From Epithemia pelagica (Eukaryota; Protista; Bacillariophyta), in NCBI GenBank assembly GCA_946965045.2, contig OX337232.1, positions 2,232,001 to 2,296,000 on the forward strand: a DNA stretch of 64,000 nt. Direction: 5' to 3'. The position numbers and the translations under genes are program-made. This document shows, piece by piece, positions 31,296 to 42,354 of the stretch (position 1 is its first letter; every line of letters starts with the position of its first letter). The notes below the pieces were generated by a model that was not told the DNA's origin, ran no database searches, and saw only the letters and a list, made by a program, of their open reading frames with translations.

Positions 31296-33710
31296 TCAAA
31301 TAGGTGATCGTTTGCGATGCCCCTTCGACCCTTCACGACGGCGCTTTGATCTTGATCTACTACGCTCTCGTTCATCCCCAGATCCATGATGGCGTTCACG
31401 ACGAGCTCGTTTTTCCTTCTTTCTCTTCTTCTTTCGTTTGCGTTCCTTTCTCTGTTCCTCTTTGGACTCGGAATCAGTCGACCACGAAGCACCTCTTCTA
31501 GAAAGGGAATGAGCCAGTTCTCTATCGTCTGGTTGTTGGTTCGAAGAAATAACCCGTTCAAGACTCGTCGTATGTGATTCAACTGAGCGCTTTTCTGTTT
31601 CTGGTTGAGAATCGCCTTTGCCTTCTACTATATCCAGAGTTTTTCTTTGTTGTTGTGCTTCCAATTGCTCGTCACTCTCCATTCTATAGTCATCCTCTTC
31701 CCTGACAGTGCCGAAAATGGAGCGATACACGTCCATTGACGGTCTTTCTGGTTCGGACCGATCCTCTGTACCCAATGTGTCTTCATGTTTATCAGAAGTA
31801 GACGCTCTGCTCGTGGACTCGGCACTCTGATGATGGTTTAAATTAGATACGCTCGAAGCCGCTTTCAGTACAGTGTCTTGAAAGAATTTTTCCTCCCGTC
31901 TTCTATTGTCTCTCCCTTCAGTTGCCGCCTTGTCACTTTGTTTTATTGGTGGTACTCGGAATCGTTTGCTCAACAGAGGTGAAGGGTAAAAGACCATAGT
32001 TGTTCTCGTGACTCTTGGCTTTGAGATGACAGAGGAACCAGTATTCTCAGCACTGGTAATAGTTTGCGAGCTGGATTTTAGTTCTGAATTACTTTGGTTC
32101 GTCGCCGGTGCAAATCGGTCCCTGAAGGATTTGGTAAGGCCCTCAAACGTACCGCTCCGAGAAGGAACCGGTGGTGCGCTTCGTTTTGCTTCCACGTGAC
32201 TTGTTCCACGATTGTCTCGCGCGGACGACATGGCCATGACTTTTGCCGCTTCCAATGCTTCGTCCATGAGCTGTTGTCGCCGAGTATCTTCCAATTCAAG
32301 CTGTGATGCCCGTGCCAATGCTTGAAGAACCAGTGGGCGTTCATTGTCACCAAAGACATGCATCGATATTGTGAAATTGTCTGGCAGGTCCGGTCCACGG
32401 AACCGATGCTCGCTTGCCGACGATGCGGGACCAGACGGCATAACAAACCCCGGTAGCATTGGTCGTCCATCAAACGTCAACCGTTCCGAACGCTCTCCAA
32501 CGCTTGACCCTTTTTGTCCCTGTTCCACACTCGACTTTGCACCATAGTTAGCCCAGGCAGCAAGGGCATTGCCCAATGCCTGATTTTCCTTGGATGACTT
32601 TGTTGTTGTCCGACCTACGTCCGTGTTTGACGCCAAGTTGGATCCTTCTTCTCCCTCGTTGCTGCTGTTGTCATCGTCATGAATGACAGTATCGTATTCG
32701 TCTTGATCAATCTGGACTTTGTCCGATATTTTGGTAAGAGCTTTCGTCTCGTCATCAAAGGCATCGTCGTCGTCTTCGCGAAGAGCAAAGCCACCCACCG
32801 ATTTTGTCCCTACGAAATCTTCCGCTGTTTCAAACTCGTGATAGTACGAATCATCGGCCTGATCCTTAAGTCTTTCATTCACGGCATGTCTTCCATCGAC
32901 ATCATCGACAGAATAAGGTCCACCCAGAATATCCGCTAGTCGGTAGACATTTTTGTTCCGTGGGCCAGACGCTTGCGCCTTTGCTCGTTGTTGCTTTTTT
33001 CGACGTTCCATGTAGGCTCGGAATTCGGGAGCATTTTGATGGGCCTCGTATCCCAATCCAACCAAATCCAATTTTGGTGGAGGTATCGGAACACGCTGTT
33101 TTTGTTGAATCTGAATTTTTTGCAAGCGGCGTTTCGACAAAAACATATGCTCCTCCCGGTTTTCGGTGGAGTTCATCCTTGCACTGTCGTCGTCCGACTG
33201 AGCCGTATGCATCAACAACATTGGTGGCTTTTGGAGGGGTACATAAACATGGTTGGACGTACCTCCTCGCCACCCCAGTTCATGAAGGAGTCTTTGTCCA
33301 ACATTTTTAGGTGGTACCACAGCACTTGTAGTAGATGAGATTGCTGTATCCAGGAATCCTAGATGCTGATTGGCGTTGTTTCGGTCGGTTCCAAAAGATA
33401 AACTACGTTCTTCTTCTCCACGTCCCCCAGCCGTCAACTCTTGTGCTACTCGACGAGGTCCACCCCAATCACTATGGTCTTGTTCATCCATAAAATCTTC
33501 CACTTGTTGCCTCTCATGTTCGGACTTTTTTCTATCGATGTTGGAGTCGTCATCTTGGTTTTCGTCTACGCGATCCTGGCGTGGTTGCCAGCCTTCTCGG
33601 GAACCAACTGTATTAAAATAACCAGCCGAAAACCCTCCAGCAAAGGCCCCATGAAGACGATCTGCTTTTTGGCGTCGCTTATGTCGCGGAACATACCGAA
33701 GTCCCGACAT
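31296..33710 (-). CDS. GPATCH1: G-patch domain protein 1 (GPATCH1/TGH-like)
   Basis: N-terminal RLHGAFAGGFSAGYFNTVGSREGWQP and EDFMDEQD, G-patch VGQRLLHELGWRG, YPSPLLSKRF, and a Lys/Arg-rich C-terminus. Confidence 0.88.
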   Translation of the reverse strand: MSGLRYVPRHKRRQKADRLHGAFAGGFSAGYFNTVGSREGWQPRQDRVDENQDDDSNIDRKKSEHERQQVEDFMDEQDHSDWGGPRRVAQELTAGGRGEEERSLSFGTDRNNANQHLGFLDTAISSTTSAVVPPKNVGQRLLHELGWRGGTSNHVYVPLQKPPMLLMHTAQSDDDSARMNSTENREEHMFLSKRRLQKIQIQQKQRVPIPPPKLDLVGLGYEAHQNAPEFRAYMERRKKQQRAKAQASGPRNKNVYRLADILGGPYSVDDVDGRHAVNERLKDQADDSYYHEFETAEDFVGTKSVGGFALREDDDDAFDDETKALTKISDKVQIDQDEYDTVIHDDDNSSNEGEEGSNLASNTDVGRTTTKSSKENQALGNALAAWANYGAKSSVEQGQKGSSVGERSERLTFDGRPMLPGFVMPSGPASSASEHRFRGPDLPDNFTISMHVFGDNERPLVLQALARASQLELEDTRRQQLMDEALEAAKVMAMSSARDNRGTSHVEAKRSAPPVPSRSGTFEGLTKSFRDRFAPATNQSNSELKSSSQTITSAENTGSSVISKPRVTRTTMVFYPSPLLSKRFRVPPIKQSDKAATEGRDNRRREEKFFQDTVLKAASSVSNLNHHQSAESTSRASTSDKHEDTLGTEDRSEPERPSMDVYRSIFGTVREEDDYRMESDEQLEAQQQRKTLDIVEGKGDSQPETEKRSVESHTTSLERVISSNQQPDDRELAHSLSRRGASWSTDSESKEEQRKERKRKKKRKKEKRARRERHHGSGDERERSRSRSKRRREGSKGHRKRSPI

Positions 33711-34094
33711 TCCCTTGGTGTATGGGCTAAGGCTAAGGGCTCTCTCAGCTCTCAGTTGGTTATGATAATGAAAAAACCACACCGGGGATCAAAAACGAGA
33801 CTCGGGTCGCCCTTAAGTCGCCTGATTGCCACCCTCTATCCCTTCCCTTTTCTCGTTGAGGTTACCTCCATAGGTTGTGTCTGTAATCTGTAACTTGTCC
33901 TCGTGCTCCTAGAAGTACGAATAGGATCCAGCATACACTAGGTAACCTTATAAGCTCTTGCGTACAATAAAGTTGATGAGGTATCCAAGAAGAAGCCAGA
34001 TTACACACATTGCTGGTCTGAGAGTCCGAGAGTCTGTGGACAAATGAGAACGGCCATTTGATTTATATCCGCAGACGAATAATGTAATGGGCAA

Positions 34095-35684
34095 TCATGA
34101 GTCGCCAAATTCATCGCACTTTTCTTCTTTCCATTCTCTTGCATTGATGTTCTCGTCCTTGTTGTCTGACCATGACATTTGACCTTGTTGTTGAGGAGAC
34201 ACAGCTAATGAGTTCACCAGTTCGGGTCGTTCTTGTATCAAGGATTCGTAGAGCATTTCTCGCTGGATGGATGATCCTTGTGTTTCCACAGCGTTCCAAA
34301 ACTGCCGAAAGGTCGGATATTCCGTGGCATAATTTTGTGTCACGGCAACGGAAGCTTCAATATTCAAAACCAAATGCGGCCATCCCGCAGGTACGTAAAT
34401 GGTTTCACCAGGTTTTTGTAAAAATTCAACATATCGAATCACAGTTGTCGTTTGTTCTGGATTGGTCTCTCTTGCATTTCTGTTCCACTCTAAAATCTTT
34501 TGTCCACACCACCATTCCTCGAACCATACGACGGATTGCAGCGTGCTTTGGTTTGGATCGTTTTCAAAGTATGCAATGGCAGCAGCAGGTGTATCGGGTG
34601 GAAACAGCACCCACCGCTTACATCCTTCTATAAGTGCAACCCAAGCATGTGTCCCAATCGGGTCGACATGAAGACCTGTTCCAGATCGCTCCGGTCCCAT
34701 TAAAATCCATTGATATGGAGGACGTACGCCCACAAGTTCACCGTCCGTCTCCTTGTCCACTACCTCTTCAGGAAGACTGGCAAACAGATCATAGCGGAAA
34801 CAAGTGGGAACCGAAAACTCATTGACCAAACCATTACGTGGATCGTCCGGTCGATGAAACTGAGAATCGTAAATGGCAAGGGGTGAATCGTCGGTCAGTC
34901 CCTCAATCGAGCTGCAGTACTTTCGATATGCATCCAGCGTCATGCCTACTCCATGCGTATCCGAAAACCGCCACTCGAGATGGTGATCCTGCCCAAACCG
35001 TTCCATTAACGAGTTCCATCTCATCGATGTCATGGCAGGCCAGTTTGTTGTGCATCCGTGAATCAATGCCGGGATGGAATTGGCCTCGAATAGCGGGGGA
35101 GAATCTCGCATGGCTCTTCCCGTATGAGATGGGTAGAGATGTTTGAGATCCCTCTCATAGTCTAAAACCATTGGATCCATTCGCTCCAACACTACCATAG
35201 ACGTATTCTGGGAGTTGTGGTATGTGGGAGTAACCAAAGGTTCTTCCAGCAAGCGCGCTTTCAATGATTTCCATTTGCTGTCCTTGTCGGAAAAGAGTGG
35301 CACTGCAAGAGGCAACTGGCTTTCACGACGTAAAAGGGGACAGCCGGATCCCACGCCCAGCGCTGCTTCCATCTCAGACGTCACTGGAACAAACTGTTTC
35401 TGCCGCCACTTTGCTACATCGCAACCGTCGGTCAGCGCCATGACCTGTTCACCACTGGTGGTTTTTTCTTCATGCTTTTCATCTCGACAAATCTCTCCAT
35501 CCGACGAATCGGAACTATGGTTGCCGTCATGGTGAGACACGATCGCCGCTTCATCATCGTTGTTGCCATAGACATCTAAAAGTTCTGGTCGTTCGGCAAC
35601 TTTGATACACCATACACTGTAGCGATCCTCAGCAGACAAAAATAAGTCAGAGGAAGAACATGACAAGAGGGCATGTTGTTTCAT
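34095..35684 (-). CDS. JmjC-domain hydroxylase, JMJD6/JMJD4-like
   Basis: RPPYQWILMGPERSGTGLHVDP (HxD), GCKRWVLFPP and QKPGETIYVPAGWPHLVLN..VAVTQNY. Confidence 0.88.
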   Translation of the reverse strand: MKQHALLSCSSSDLFLSAEDRYSVWCIKVAERPELLDVYGNNDDEAAIVSHHDGNHSSDSSDGEICRDEKHEEKTTSGEQVMALTDGCDVAKWRQKQFVPVTSEMEAALGVGSGCPLLRRESQLPLAVPLFSDKDSKWKSLKARLLEEPLVTPTYHNSQNTSMVVLERMDPMVLDYERDLKHLYPSHTGRAMRDSPPLFEANSIPALIHGCTTNWPAMTSMRWNSLMERFGQDHHLEWRFSDTHGVGMTLDAYRKYCSSIEGLTDDSPLAIYDSQFHRPDDPRNGLVNEFSVPTCFRYDLFASLPEEVVDKETDGELVGVRPPYQWILMGPERSGTGLHVDPIGTHAWVALIEGCKRWVLFPPDTPAAAIAYFENDPNQSTLQSVVWFEEWWCGQKILEWNRNARETNPEQTTTVIRYVEFLQKPGETIYVPAGWPHLVLNIEASVAVTQNYATEYPTFRQFWNAVETQGSSIQREMLYESLIQERPELVNSLAVSPQQQGQMSWSDNKDENINAREWKEEKCDEFGDS

Positions 35685-36631
35685 AGTGTTCCGTTTGACG
35701 ACTCATTCTTCTCTTCCTTCCTCATTGATTGTGATGATGGATTGATGGTGATTGGTCTGGTCGGTGACGCGTGACGGGTGTACGCATGCGCGATAGAAAA
35801 TGCGCGCGAGGGAGTCCACAGACGTTTTCATGCGACTGGCCCCGGATTTCGGATAGAACTCTAACCCTAGTGAAAAAGAACAGTGGATTTGTCAAATATC
35901 CTCCTTCCTACAACAAGATCAGAAGAAGAGAAGGATATGTGGGGGTTAAACGAGGAATCTAAAGATGAAAGCCAATCATCAGGACGGGACACTTGAACTT
36001 GGTATCTAGGTTGCGGGGAGATTTTCGATCCAAGAGCAGATAAGATCTGGATGGTTTACGATGCTCGCATCAGCCTTAGATTCCTGATCACTTTGATGGG
36101 AAAAGACGAGCCTTGGATATATTTAAGAAACAGGAGAGAACCGAGACAGTTGGACTGGTACCATTTGGAAGTTGGAAGATGTGCAAATCTTCATATTCTC
36201 AATTGAAACCCATGGAAACCTGAGCGGGAAGGTTTTGTCGTCTTTGCTACTTGGATGGCCATGGAGCAAGTGAGGGAAGCATTCCGTTGCGATCCATACA
36301 TTGCAAGTCATGGTTTCGTTCTATGATCACTCCGTGTCAGCTAGGAAAGTATGTCCACATGACACTCCGAAGACTGGATAGGAGTCGTTTGGCGAGTCAT
36401 ATGCACCTCTTTTTCGATTGTGAAGCTTCCGTTGCACTTATGTTGGACATGCAACACCCTCCAAAAACTACTACAACCATTCACGCATTCGGCATTGGTC
36501 ACCGTGTCCCCTTTCTGGGACTGACCAGTTGTGTGACGGTCACCCCTCATACCTCCCACAAATATCCATCGGAATTGCACAGAATCCTCGCTATTTTACG
36601 ACAACAACAGTGGGAGCCCGTTCGTCCGAAA

Positions 36632-39600
36632 ATGGTGACGGTGTTTCTCGCCCTGCTTCTTCTGACCACACTACCCGGTTCTTGTCATGGTTTAGATCGT
36701 CCAAGAAGCAATCGTCTAGGGGCCTTGACAGAAGTGCATGATGAAGCACAGACGCTGAAACAGGAAGTAAACGCAGGAAGTGGAGACGTATCATGGGTCG
36801 AGGTAAATGAAGAATGAGATTCTTGATCAGAGAGCATTCCCTTTATTCTCATTGTGCTACTTTACAGGAACAAGAATTCTGGCAGCGGGTTCTTCGTACG
36901 AAACATGATGCACATGTCCTCTCGATTGGTTCTCCATCGCAAAAACCTTCAAACGCGCCATCCCGATTTCCTTCAGTATTGCCTTCTAAGCCAACGACTG
37001 TATCACCTTCTCAGAAACCAACTTCGTCACCTTTGAGAAAACCAACGCCCATTCCATCTTACAAACCCACTCAGAAGCCCACAAAAAAGCCAACTTGCAC
37101 CCACACCACTGAGTCTACTTATTCACCCTCAAAGCAGCCATCTTCGCAGCCTTCTGCAGGACCAACAACTATTCCTTCAGACGCTCCATCCCTCAGTCCG
37201 TCCATGCAACCATCTCAGAAGCCATCAAACACACCATCTTCCTCACCATCCGAAGATCCATCGGTGTCGCCTTCATCGAGTCCGTCTGATTCACCTACGA
37301 ACACGCCCTCGATGCAGCCGTCACCGTCACAACACCCATCAAATGGTCCTTCAAATTCGCCTTCGAACGAACCCACGTTTGTCCCTTCGGTTTCTCCGTC
37401 CGAAGCTCCTTCTAAATACCCTTCGGAATGGCCATCTACAGCTCCAACTTCGTACCCTTCTCATAAACCGACACCATTTCCTTCGTTTCATCCATCGTAC
37501 GGTCCCACAAACGAACCTACCAAGAAGCCAACTTGCACTCACACAAAAGGACCAAGTGAGGCTCCTTCCGGGTATCCATCCTCATTTCCCTCTGGCGGAC
37601 CATCATCTACTCCTTCTGATAGTCCCTCCGAGCGGCCGTCGAAACTGCCTTCCCAGAATCCATCTTCGTCCCTATCTGAAGAACCATCCGCTCGCCCTTC
37701 GGAAAATCCATCCGATTCTCCTTCGCGAGCTCCCACAGGCATTCCGTCAACAGACCCTACATACGCTCCCTCTTCTGTGCCATCACAACAGCCTTCCCCT
37801 GAACCGTCTAACAAGCCAACATCAAAACCATCCTTTTCACCCTCCAGTGATCCATCCGAGGCGCCGTCGACAAAGCCTTCGCATCTTCTGTCCAGTGTGC
37901 CGTCCGAAAAACCATCCTTTGTGCCATCGCATGAGCCTACAGACCTTCCCTCCCATACGCCATCCGACAAGCCTTCGTTACATCCGTCCCGGTCTCCCTC
38001 CAGTAAACCGTCTTGGCTGCCTACGAATGTTCCGTCGGATTCTCCGTCTCATAAACCAACGACAACTCCGTCGAGTGCACCATCAGATAGTCCTTCTGTT
38101 CATCCTTCTAGTTTACCCTCGAGGTCCCCTTCTGGACAACCATCTAGTTCGCCATCGAAGGAGCCTTCCCAGCATCCCTCTGAAGCACCATCTCAGGTAC
38201 CATCCAGATCGCCTTCGTCTCACCCGTCGGAAAGGCCGAGCAGCTCCCCCTCTCACGAACCTTCAATTCTTCCGTCCGGCAAGCCATCCTTTGCACCATC
38301 GCAGGAGCCTTCAACACAACCTTCCCAGGTGCCATCCGGCAAGCCTTCGTCTCAGCCGTCGTGGGTTCCCTCCAGTCAACCGTCTTTGCTCCCTTCGAAC
38401 GTTCCGTCGGATTATCCTTCCGAAGAACCGACGACAACGCCTTCAACTGGTCCGTCGAGTGCACCGTCGGATAGTCCTTCTGTTCATCCTTCTAGTTTAC
38501 CCTCGGTCTCTCCTTCTGGAGAACCATCTAGCTTACCGTCGAAGGAGCCTTCCGAGCATCCATCTGAAGCACCGTCGCAGGTTCCATCCAGATCGCCTTC
38601 GTCTCACCCGTCGGAAAGTCCAAGTGGTTCCCCCTCTCATGAACCTTCAAGTTCTCCGTCCGGCAAGCCATCCTTTGCACCATCGCAGGAGCCTTCAACA
38701 CAACCTTCCCAGGTGCCATCCGACAAGCCTTCGTCTCAGCCGTCGCCGGCTCCCTCCAGTCAACCGTCTTTGTTCCCTTCGAACGTTCCGTCGGATTATC
38801 CTTCCGAAGAACCGACGACAACGCCTTCAACTGGTCCGTCGAGTGCACCGTCGGATAGTCCTTCTGTTCATCCTTCTAGTTTACCCTCTGGAGAACCATC
38901 TAGCTCACCGTCGAGGGAGCCTTCCGAGCATCCATCTGAAGCACCGTCGCAGGTTCCATCCAGATCGCCTTCGTCTCACCCGTCGGAAAGTCCAAGTGGT
39001 TCCCCCTCTCACGAACCTTCATCTTCTCCGTCCGGCATGCCAACCTTTGCACCATCCGACACGCCTTCGTCACAGCCGTCGTGGGATCCCTCCAGTCAAC
39101 CGTCTTTGCTCCCTTCGAACGTTCCGTCGGATTATCCGTCCGAAGAACCAACGACAACGCCTTCGACTGGTCCGTCGAGTTCACCGTCGGATAGTCCTTC
39201 TGCTCATCCTTCTAGTTTGCCCTCGGTCTCTCCTTCTGGAGAACCATCTAGCTTACCGTCGAAGGAGCCTTCCGAGCATCCATCTGAAGCACCGTCGCAG
39301 GTACCATCTACGCTACCATCCCGTAGTCCCTCTGGCAAACCATCATCACCTCCTTCCCGCATCCCATCTTTGAATCCGACAGGTGAACCTACTCGTATAC
39401 CGTCCCAACTTCCTTCTACGCGGCCGTCATCCTTTCCTTCAAATCGACCGTCGTTTCTTCCATCACCCGTTCGCTCTCCCTTGCCGTCGCTAAGACCAAC
39501 GGAGAAACCAGCTCCCTTGACATCAGCGAAGTACTCTCCGAGTCCATCTACATCGCCCTCAAACCTACCATCTAGAGTTGCATCGGACATTTCTTGGAAC

Positions 39601-40508
39601 AAACCTTCAAATCCAACGCCAATCATTGACGGCGATTACTCTGGTGGTGGATGCGAAGATTACGGAAATGATCATAGGTTTGGAAAAGGCGGGAAAAAGA
39701 AGTCCAAGTCATCGAGGTCAGGGAAAGGACCGCAGACCCCTGGAACACAATGCCCACACGGCAAAACCGGAAAGAAAAAACTACAGTATCCTTCTTCAGC
39801 GTTTTCATGTGACACTGTATCACCCTCAAGAAATATATCTCCGGAACTTGACCTCGATGATGACTTCATTATTGATGGTGGATGGAAAGAAGATTCAGGA
39901 TCGAACGATGACCCAGATTCAGGATTTGGGCCCAGTAAGAAAGCTCTTGGAATGAAACCTGTAACAACATCTTCAGCCAATTTCCCCAAATCTCCAGGTA
40001 CGAAGTAAACTGTGTCTCTTTCTGTCCGCCTATTCATTTACGCATCAGGCTCATATCACAAATTTTTCCATCAGCAGGCGGGAAAAAGTCATCAGGTACA
40101 CGAAATGTCATGGCATCAGCATTCCCTGGAGGAAAGGCAAATTCCTTCAAATGCTCCATGGCACGACCAAGCGAATCTGAAGATTACGACGCAAGCCCCC
40201 TTGAGCTGGAGGATGACTACTTTAATATCGCAGGAAAGAGTCCATCCAAATCTAGCGGAAAGGCGAATGGAAAAGCAAATAGGAAGGCAAAGGGAAAGGC
40301 CGGTGAGAAGGCAAATGGAAAGGCCAGCGAGAATGGAAAAGCCAGCGGCAAAGGAAAGCGAGGTTCCTCATTGCCAACAAATGCCGAAAGTCCTCTGGCA
40401 ATGTCTCAGAGTGCCGAGTCTAGTTTGCCGTCAGATGGAAAAGGAAAGAAAGCTTCTCGTTCCCATGATACTCCATCTGTTTATCCAGCGACCAAACCGG
40501 TGTGGTGA
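36632..40508 (+). CDS. Secreted Pro/Ser-repeat (PSxxPS) protein with Lys/Gly/Ser-rich C-terminal modules; introns 36803..36867 and 39998..40077; cell-wall or adhesive candidate
   Basis: Signal peptide MVTVFLALLLLTTLPGSCHG. Both introns are GT-AG and preserve frame (WVE|EQEFWQRVL and SPG|GKKSS). About 900 aa of PSxxPS repeats precede KGGKKKSKSSRSGK and GKSPSKSSGKANGK blocks. Confidence 0.8.
38068..39300 (+). repeat. Intragenic higher-order repeat with 384-bp period (last unit 336 bp)
   Basis: The landmark CCGTCGAGT recurs at 38068, 38452, 38836 and 39172, with near-identical nucleotide sequence between copies. Confidence 0.9.
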
Positions 40509-41264
40509 TTTGATGGATAGCACAATCACAAGCCCAAAACATGTGTCTTGAGTTGTGCGGTACGTCGACTATAGCATGATCCTGTCGCGGCCGCATGGTA
40601 TAAGCTCATACAAAAGGGCACAGGTCTCCGCGTATCAGACCAGCACCATCTCCTAGACTAACGTGACTCTATAATCCTTGTGAATTATCACTCGGCACGC
40701 AGAAAGCTTCTAGACCAATCGGTAAACTTCTAGCGAGGAGTATGTAGGTAGACGCCATCGTACATGGTTGATACGAAGAAGCGAATGACAAACGATTGGT
40801 CCCGCTGCATAGCTACCATGCTATGCTGCGCACATGAACAACTACCTACCTAGGAGTATTCTCTTTCTTCCTTGTCCTCATCTATCCCGGCTCCAGAATG
40901 CAAATGCAAACAAGCAGGAATGAAATCTGAGAAGAGAAGGTGTCTACCGTTCAATGCAAATGCAACTTGGCGAGCGGCTAGCATTGCAGTTTACAGTTCT
41001 CAGTTCTCACCAATTGCCCCGATCTTCAGACAACATGACACAGCCCTGTCAAGATACCAGCTACACATCCCCCGCGCTTATACGAATTTTTCAATTTAGT
41101 TAAAACAATAATTTACACCAGTGAGGAAGATCGGGAGTACTACATTCTCAAATCCTCTCACAACTTTATTTTTGCGAACCAGAGGAGGTCCAATCGTAAA
41201 GGAACCAACGAAGCAAATTGATCCCTTTCTATCCCATTTCATCCAAGAAATCACCTCTACAACC

Positions 41265-41925
41265 ATGGTAAACGCAAACTCGACAACAGCAAAGAAATGT
41301 AAGTCGTTGTCAATTGATCCCGCCGTCACGTAAATAATCATGTTTGGACCATGCATGTCCTCAATCTTGTTCCGTTGACCTCCAAATTGACACTCCGCGC
41401 TCGTTTGCCAATTTCACAGCTGAAAAAGTACCTGCGTCAAAAATAATAAAACCGAAAGACTCTCAGGTCTCGAGTGTACATGTATCTCCCGGAGGCTCTT
41501 ATTCTTCGTTGGAAGAAGAGGTGACGGCTCTTCGTGCACGAAACAGGACACTGACGCATACCCTCAAGGCAATCAAAGACACAGCAGCCAAGGAAGAGAA
41601 GCGATTGTACGATCTTGTGTGGTTCGCTCGAAACCGATCGCGTTATCCTAATCATGAATCTCGCCATCGAATCCAAAATGCTGAAGAGTATCAGGATGAA
41701 CTTGCAAAGTTGATGACAGGGGAAGCGGACTTTCATCATGGAATGCACACTGGTCTCCTTGCAGCGTCGCGTCTGTTCAAGGACTACGCCGACATCCTTC
41801 ATATCAACGATCACACTGAGGTTACAGGTGATCTGTTAGGGGCTTTTGGTGAACATATGAAGAAGGTCGAAGAAAGTCATAAAAATTTCCCTGAAGTCGA
41901 GGCCGACCAATTCCCAAACCTTTGA
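41265..41925 (+). CDS. Hypothetical protein; probable intron 41299..41419
   Basis: A GT-AG intron joins KK|SEKVP in frame. A coiled-coil is followed by LVWFARNR...ELAKL...DFHHGMHTGLLAASRLF. The function is not recognised. Confidence 0.6.
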
Positions 41926-42354
41926 GCAGACCAATCCCAAATCTCTGAATGATACGATATACATCCATGGTCCTTCATGTCAATGCATATTCCGTCACAC
42001 AAGGAGTTCATTAAGCTTAACTAGCGGTCGCGTAGCTCTATACTAGTACATTTACGTCCTACGTCGTACCTTGTCTTTTCCACATGATTGCATCGTGTCA
42101 TCTTGTCGTCAGAAACGGGAACTCAAACCGGTTTCGTGCATCTACTAAGCGACATTTATTCTCACACAGGAGTGAAGATAATGATGGTTGTATGTTTTCG
42201 TGAGCATCTCAGCAATGTCCCTTCAGGACAGAAGAGAAATACAAGCAAAAATGTAGCGACTCGTATATCGATGACATACAAAGATTACAGTTTTATATAT
42301 GTTGTCTTCACAGTCTCTATCCTATACTTTCGTTCATTGTCATAAGTCAACGCG

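Noticed and set aside
36251-36631. Upstream extension of ORF 36251..36817
   Set aside because: The signal peptide begins at ATG 36632. The upstream in-frame stretch has no recognisable features and is likely UTR or intergenic.
37343-39373. 676-aa Arg/Leu/His-rich alternative-frame ORF and antisense ORFs over the PS-repeat gene
   Set aside because: These are shadow ORFs expected from the stop-poor CCN/TCN repeat codons.
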